This document shows positions 60,735-64,000 of a DNA stretch of 64,000 nucleotides, piece by piece. This DNA is from Squalus acanthias. Taxonomy: Eukaryota. The stretch spans positions 137,456,001 through 137,520,000 of the forward strand of contig CM059431.1 in NCBI GenBank assembly GCA_030390025.1. Direction: 5' to 3'. The notes beneath the pieces were generated by a model. The model did no database searches. It was not told where the DNA came from and was given only the letters and a program-made list of their open reading frames with translations. Position 1 is the stretch's first letter. Every line of letters begins with the position of its first letter. A program made the translations under genes and the position numbers.

Positions 60735-63700
60735 TCCAGTTGTCGTGGTCCATGTTGGTACCAATGACATAGATAGGACAAGGGAAGAGGTTCTGCTGAG
60801 GGAGTTTGAGCAGCTAGGGGCCAAATTAAAAAGCAGAACCTCGAGGGTAATAATCTCTGGATTACTACCTGAGCCACGAGCAAATTTGGCTAGGGTAAAT
60901 AAAATCAGGGAGTTGAATGCGTGGCTCAAAGACTGGTGTGGGAAAAATGGGTTTTGCTTCTTGGGACACTGGCACCAGTACTGGGGCATGAGAGAGCTGT
61001 TCCGTTGGGACGGACTTCACTTGGCCAGTGCTGGGACTAGTGTCCTGGCGAATCGAATAACTAGGGCTGTGGAGAGGGCTTTAAACTAATTAGTGGGGGG
61101 GAGGTTTCAAGAGAGCAAAAAATAAAAATGACAACAGAGAGGGTCATAGACATAGGTAGCAGTAGGGGAATCACAAATCAGAGCGTGGCAGGAAGGGAGT
61201 AAAAGGTAAAGTGGTAAAAAGCAGGAACTAAGTGCCACAAAGTATATTTGAAAGTTCTCTATCTGAATGCACGTAGCATTCGTAACAAAATAGACGAGTT
61301 AATGGCACAAATAACTACATATGGTTATGATATTGTGGCCATTACAGAAACATGGCTGCAGGGTGACAATGCCTGGGAATTAAACATACCAGGTTATTTA
61401 ACGATCAGGAAGGACAGGCAGGAAGGAAGGGGAGGTGGGGTGGCTATGTTAATAAAGGAAGGAATCACTGTAATACAGAGTAATGATATTGGGTCAAAAA
61501 ATCATGATAATGAAACAGTTTGGGTGGAGATAAGGAATAATAAGGGGAAAAAAACACTAGTGGGCGTAGTCTATAGGCCTCCGAACAGTTGCAACTCTGT
61601 TGGACGGAGTATCAATCAGGAAATAGTTGAGGCATGTAATAATGGAACATCTATAATCATGGGGGATTTTAACTATCATATTAATTGGACAAATCAAATG
61701 GGACAGGGCTGCCTTGAGGATGAGTTCATTGAGTGTATTAGGGATGGGTTTCTTGAGCAGTATGTAACTGAACCGACCAGGGGGCAAGCAACCTTAGATC
61801 TGGTCCTGTGTAACGAGACAGGATTAATTAAAAATGTCCTAGTAAAGGATCCCCTTGGAATGAGTGACCATAACATGGTTGAATTCCATATTCAATTAGA
61901 GGGTGAGAAGGTTGGATCTCACACAAGCATGCTAAGCTTGAATAAAGGAGACTATGAAGGTATGCGAGCGGAATTGAGTAGAGTGGATTGGGAAAATAGA
62001 TTAAAGGGTAAGACGACACATGATCAGTGGTGTACATTCAAGGAGTTATTTTACAACTTCCAAAAAAAATATATTCCACTGAAAAGAAAAGGGTGTAAAA
62101 GAAAGGACAGTCATCCGTGGCTAAGTAAAGAAATTAAGGATAGTATTCGACTAAAAACAAGGGCATATAAGGTAGCGAATCTAGTGGGAGGACAGAGGAT
62201 TGGGAAAACTTTAAAAGGCAGCAAAAAATAACAAAAAGATTGATTAAGAAAGGGAAGATAGATTATGAAAGTAAATTAGCAAAAAATATAAAAACAGATA
62301 GTAAGAGTTTTTATAGTTATATAAAAAGAAAAAGGGTGGCTAAAGTAAATGTTGGTCCCTTAGAGGATGAGACCGGGAAATTAATGGTGGGAAATATGGA
62401 GATGGCAAAAACACTGAATGAATATTTTGTATCAGTCTTTACAGTAGAGGACACTAAGAATATCCCAACACTGGACAAACAGGGGGCTATAGCGGGAGAG
62501 GAGCTAAACACGATCAAAATCACTAAGGAAGTGGTACTCGGTAAAATAATGGGACTCAAGGCGGATAAATCACCTGGACCTGATGGCTTACATCCTAGAG
62601 TCTTGAAGGAAGTGGCGGTAGGGATTGTAGATGCAGTGGTAATAATTTTTCAAAACTCCCTGGATTCCGCTAAGGTCCCAGCAGACTGGAAAACTGCTAA
62701 TGTAACACCCTTATTTAAAAAGGGCAGTAGACAGAAGGCTGGTAACTATAGACCGGTTAGCCTAACATCTGTGGTAGGTAAAATTTTGGAGTCCATTATT
62801 AAGGAAACAGTAACAGGACATTTGGATAATCTTAATTTAATAGGACAAAGTCATCATGGTTTTACGAAGGGGAAGTCATGTTTGACAAATTTGCTGGAGT
62901 TCTTTGAGGAAGTAACATATAGAGTGGATAAAGGGGAACCAGTGGACGTAATGTATTTAGACTTCCAAAAGGCATTTGACAAGGTGCCACACAAAAGATT
63001 ATTGCTTAAGGTAAAAAATCACGGGATTGGGGGTAATATTCTGGCATGGATAGAGGATTGGCTATCTAACAGAAAGCAAAGAGTTGGGATAAATGGTTCA
63101 TTCTCAGACTGGCAATCAGTAACTCGTGGTGTTCCACAGGGGTCAGTGCTGGGTCCCCAACTCTTTACAATCTATATTAACGATTTGGAGGAAGGGACCA
63201 AGTGTAACATATCAAAATTTGCAGATGATACAAAGATGGGAGGGAAAGTAGTGAGTGAGGAGGACATAAAAAACCTGCAAGGGGACATAGACAGGCTAAG
63301 TAAGTGGGCAGAGATTTGGCAGATGGAATACAACACTGGAAAGTGTGAGGTGATGCACTTTGGCAGGAAAAATCCTAGAGCAATTTATTATCTTAATGGC
63401 AAGAAACTGGAGAGTACTGAAGTGCAAAGGGATCTGGGGGTCCTGGTGCACGAAACTCAAAAGGTTAGTATGCAGGTGCAGCAAGTGATTAAGAAGGCAA
63501 ATGGAATGTTGGCTTTCATTGCTAGGGGGATAGAATATAAAAATAGGGAGGTATTGCTTCAGTTGTACAAGGTATTGGTGAGACCGCACCTGGAATACTG
63601 CATACAGTTTTGGTGTCCTTACTTAAGGAAAGACATCCTTGCTCTCGAGGCAGTGCAAAAAAGGTTCACTCGGTTAATCCCGGGGATGAGGGGATAGACA

Positions 63701-64000
63701 TATGAGGAGAGGTTGGGTAGATTGGGACTCTACTCATTGGAGTTCAGAAGAATGAGAGGCGATCTTATTGAAACATATAAGATTGTGAAGGGGTTTGATC
63801 GGGTGGATGCGGGGAGGATGTTCCCGATGACGGGTGAGACTAGAACTAGGGGACATAGTCTTAGAATAAGGGGCTGCTCTTTCAAAACTGAGATGAGGAG
63901 GAACTACTTCACTCAGAGGGTGGTAGGTCCATGGAATATGCTGCCACAAAAAGCTGTAGAAGCTACAACATTAAATAAATTTAAAACAGAAATAGACATT
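60735..64000 (+). mobile_element. Young CR1 LINE: ORF1 esterase C-terminus and ORF2 (EN + RT), running off the window end
   Basis: VVVHVGTNDI...DGLHL (SGNH); LYLNARSIRNK, ITETW, GDFN, SDH; RT QGSVLGP, KFADDTK. One frameshift near 62200 and a premature TAG at 63695-63697. Confidence 0.95.

Overview
Repeat-rich vertebrate genomic DNA. The repeat families (CR1, L2, Deu-domain SINE, Penelope, Harbinger) and the NLR sequence type suggest a cartilaginous fish; this is an inference. One host gene spans most of the window: a minus-strand NLR (death-fold/CARD-like N-terminus, NACHT, ribonuclease-inhibitor-type LRRs). I reconstructed 12 phase-consistent GT-AG coding exons from ATG 54656 to TGA 6942 (about 1089 aa if repaired), with a single +1 frameshift at 26383-26385 in the NACHT exon. 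Its introns hold two very young, oppositely oriented copies of one Ty3/Gypsy (Mag-like) LTR retrotransposon. Both copies lack a tRNA primer-binding site, carry a perfect 11-nt LTR/PBS complement (self-priming-like) and have a YLDN RT motif. The introns also contain a 5-kb 30-bp G-rich minisatellite, a 41-bp minisatellite, nested Harbinger transposons, a Penelope element with minimal hammerhead ribozymes, and many CR1/L2/SINE copies. The first 3 kb contain a decayed envelope-like gene resembling a class I viral fusion protein, followed by a PPT and LTR start. The long repetitive ORFs in the ORF track are by-products of the tandem repeats.
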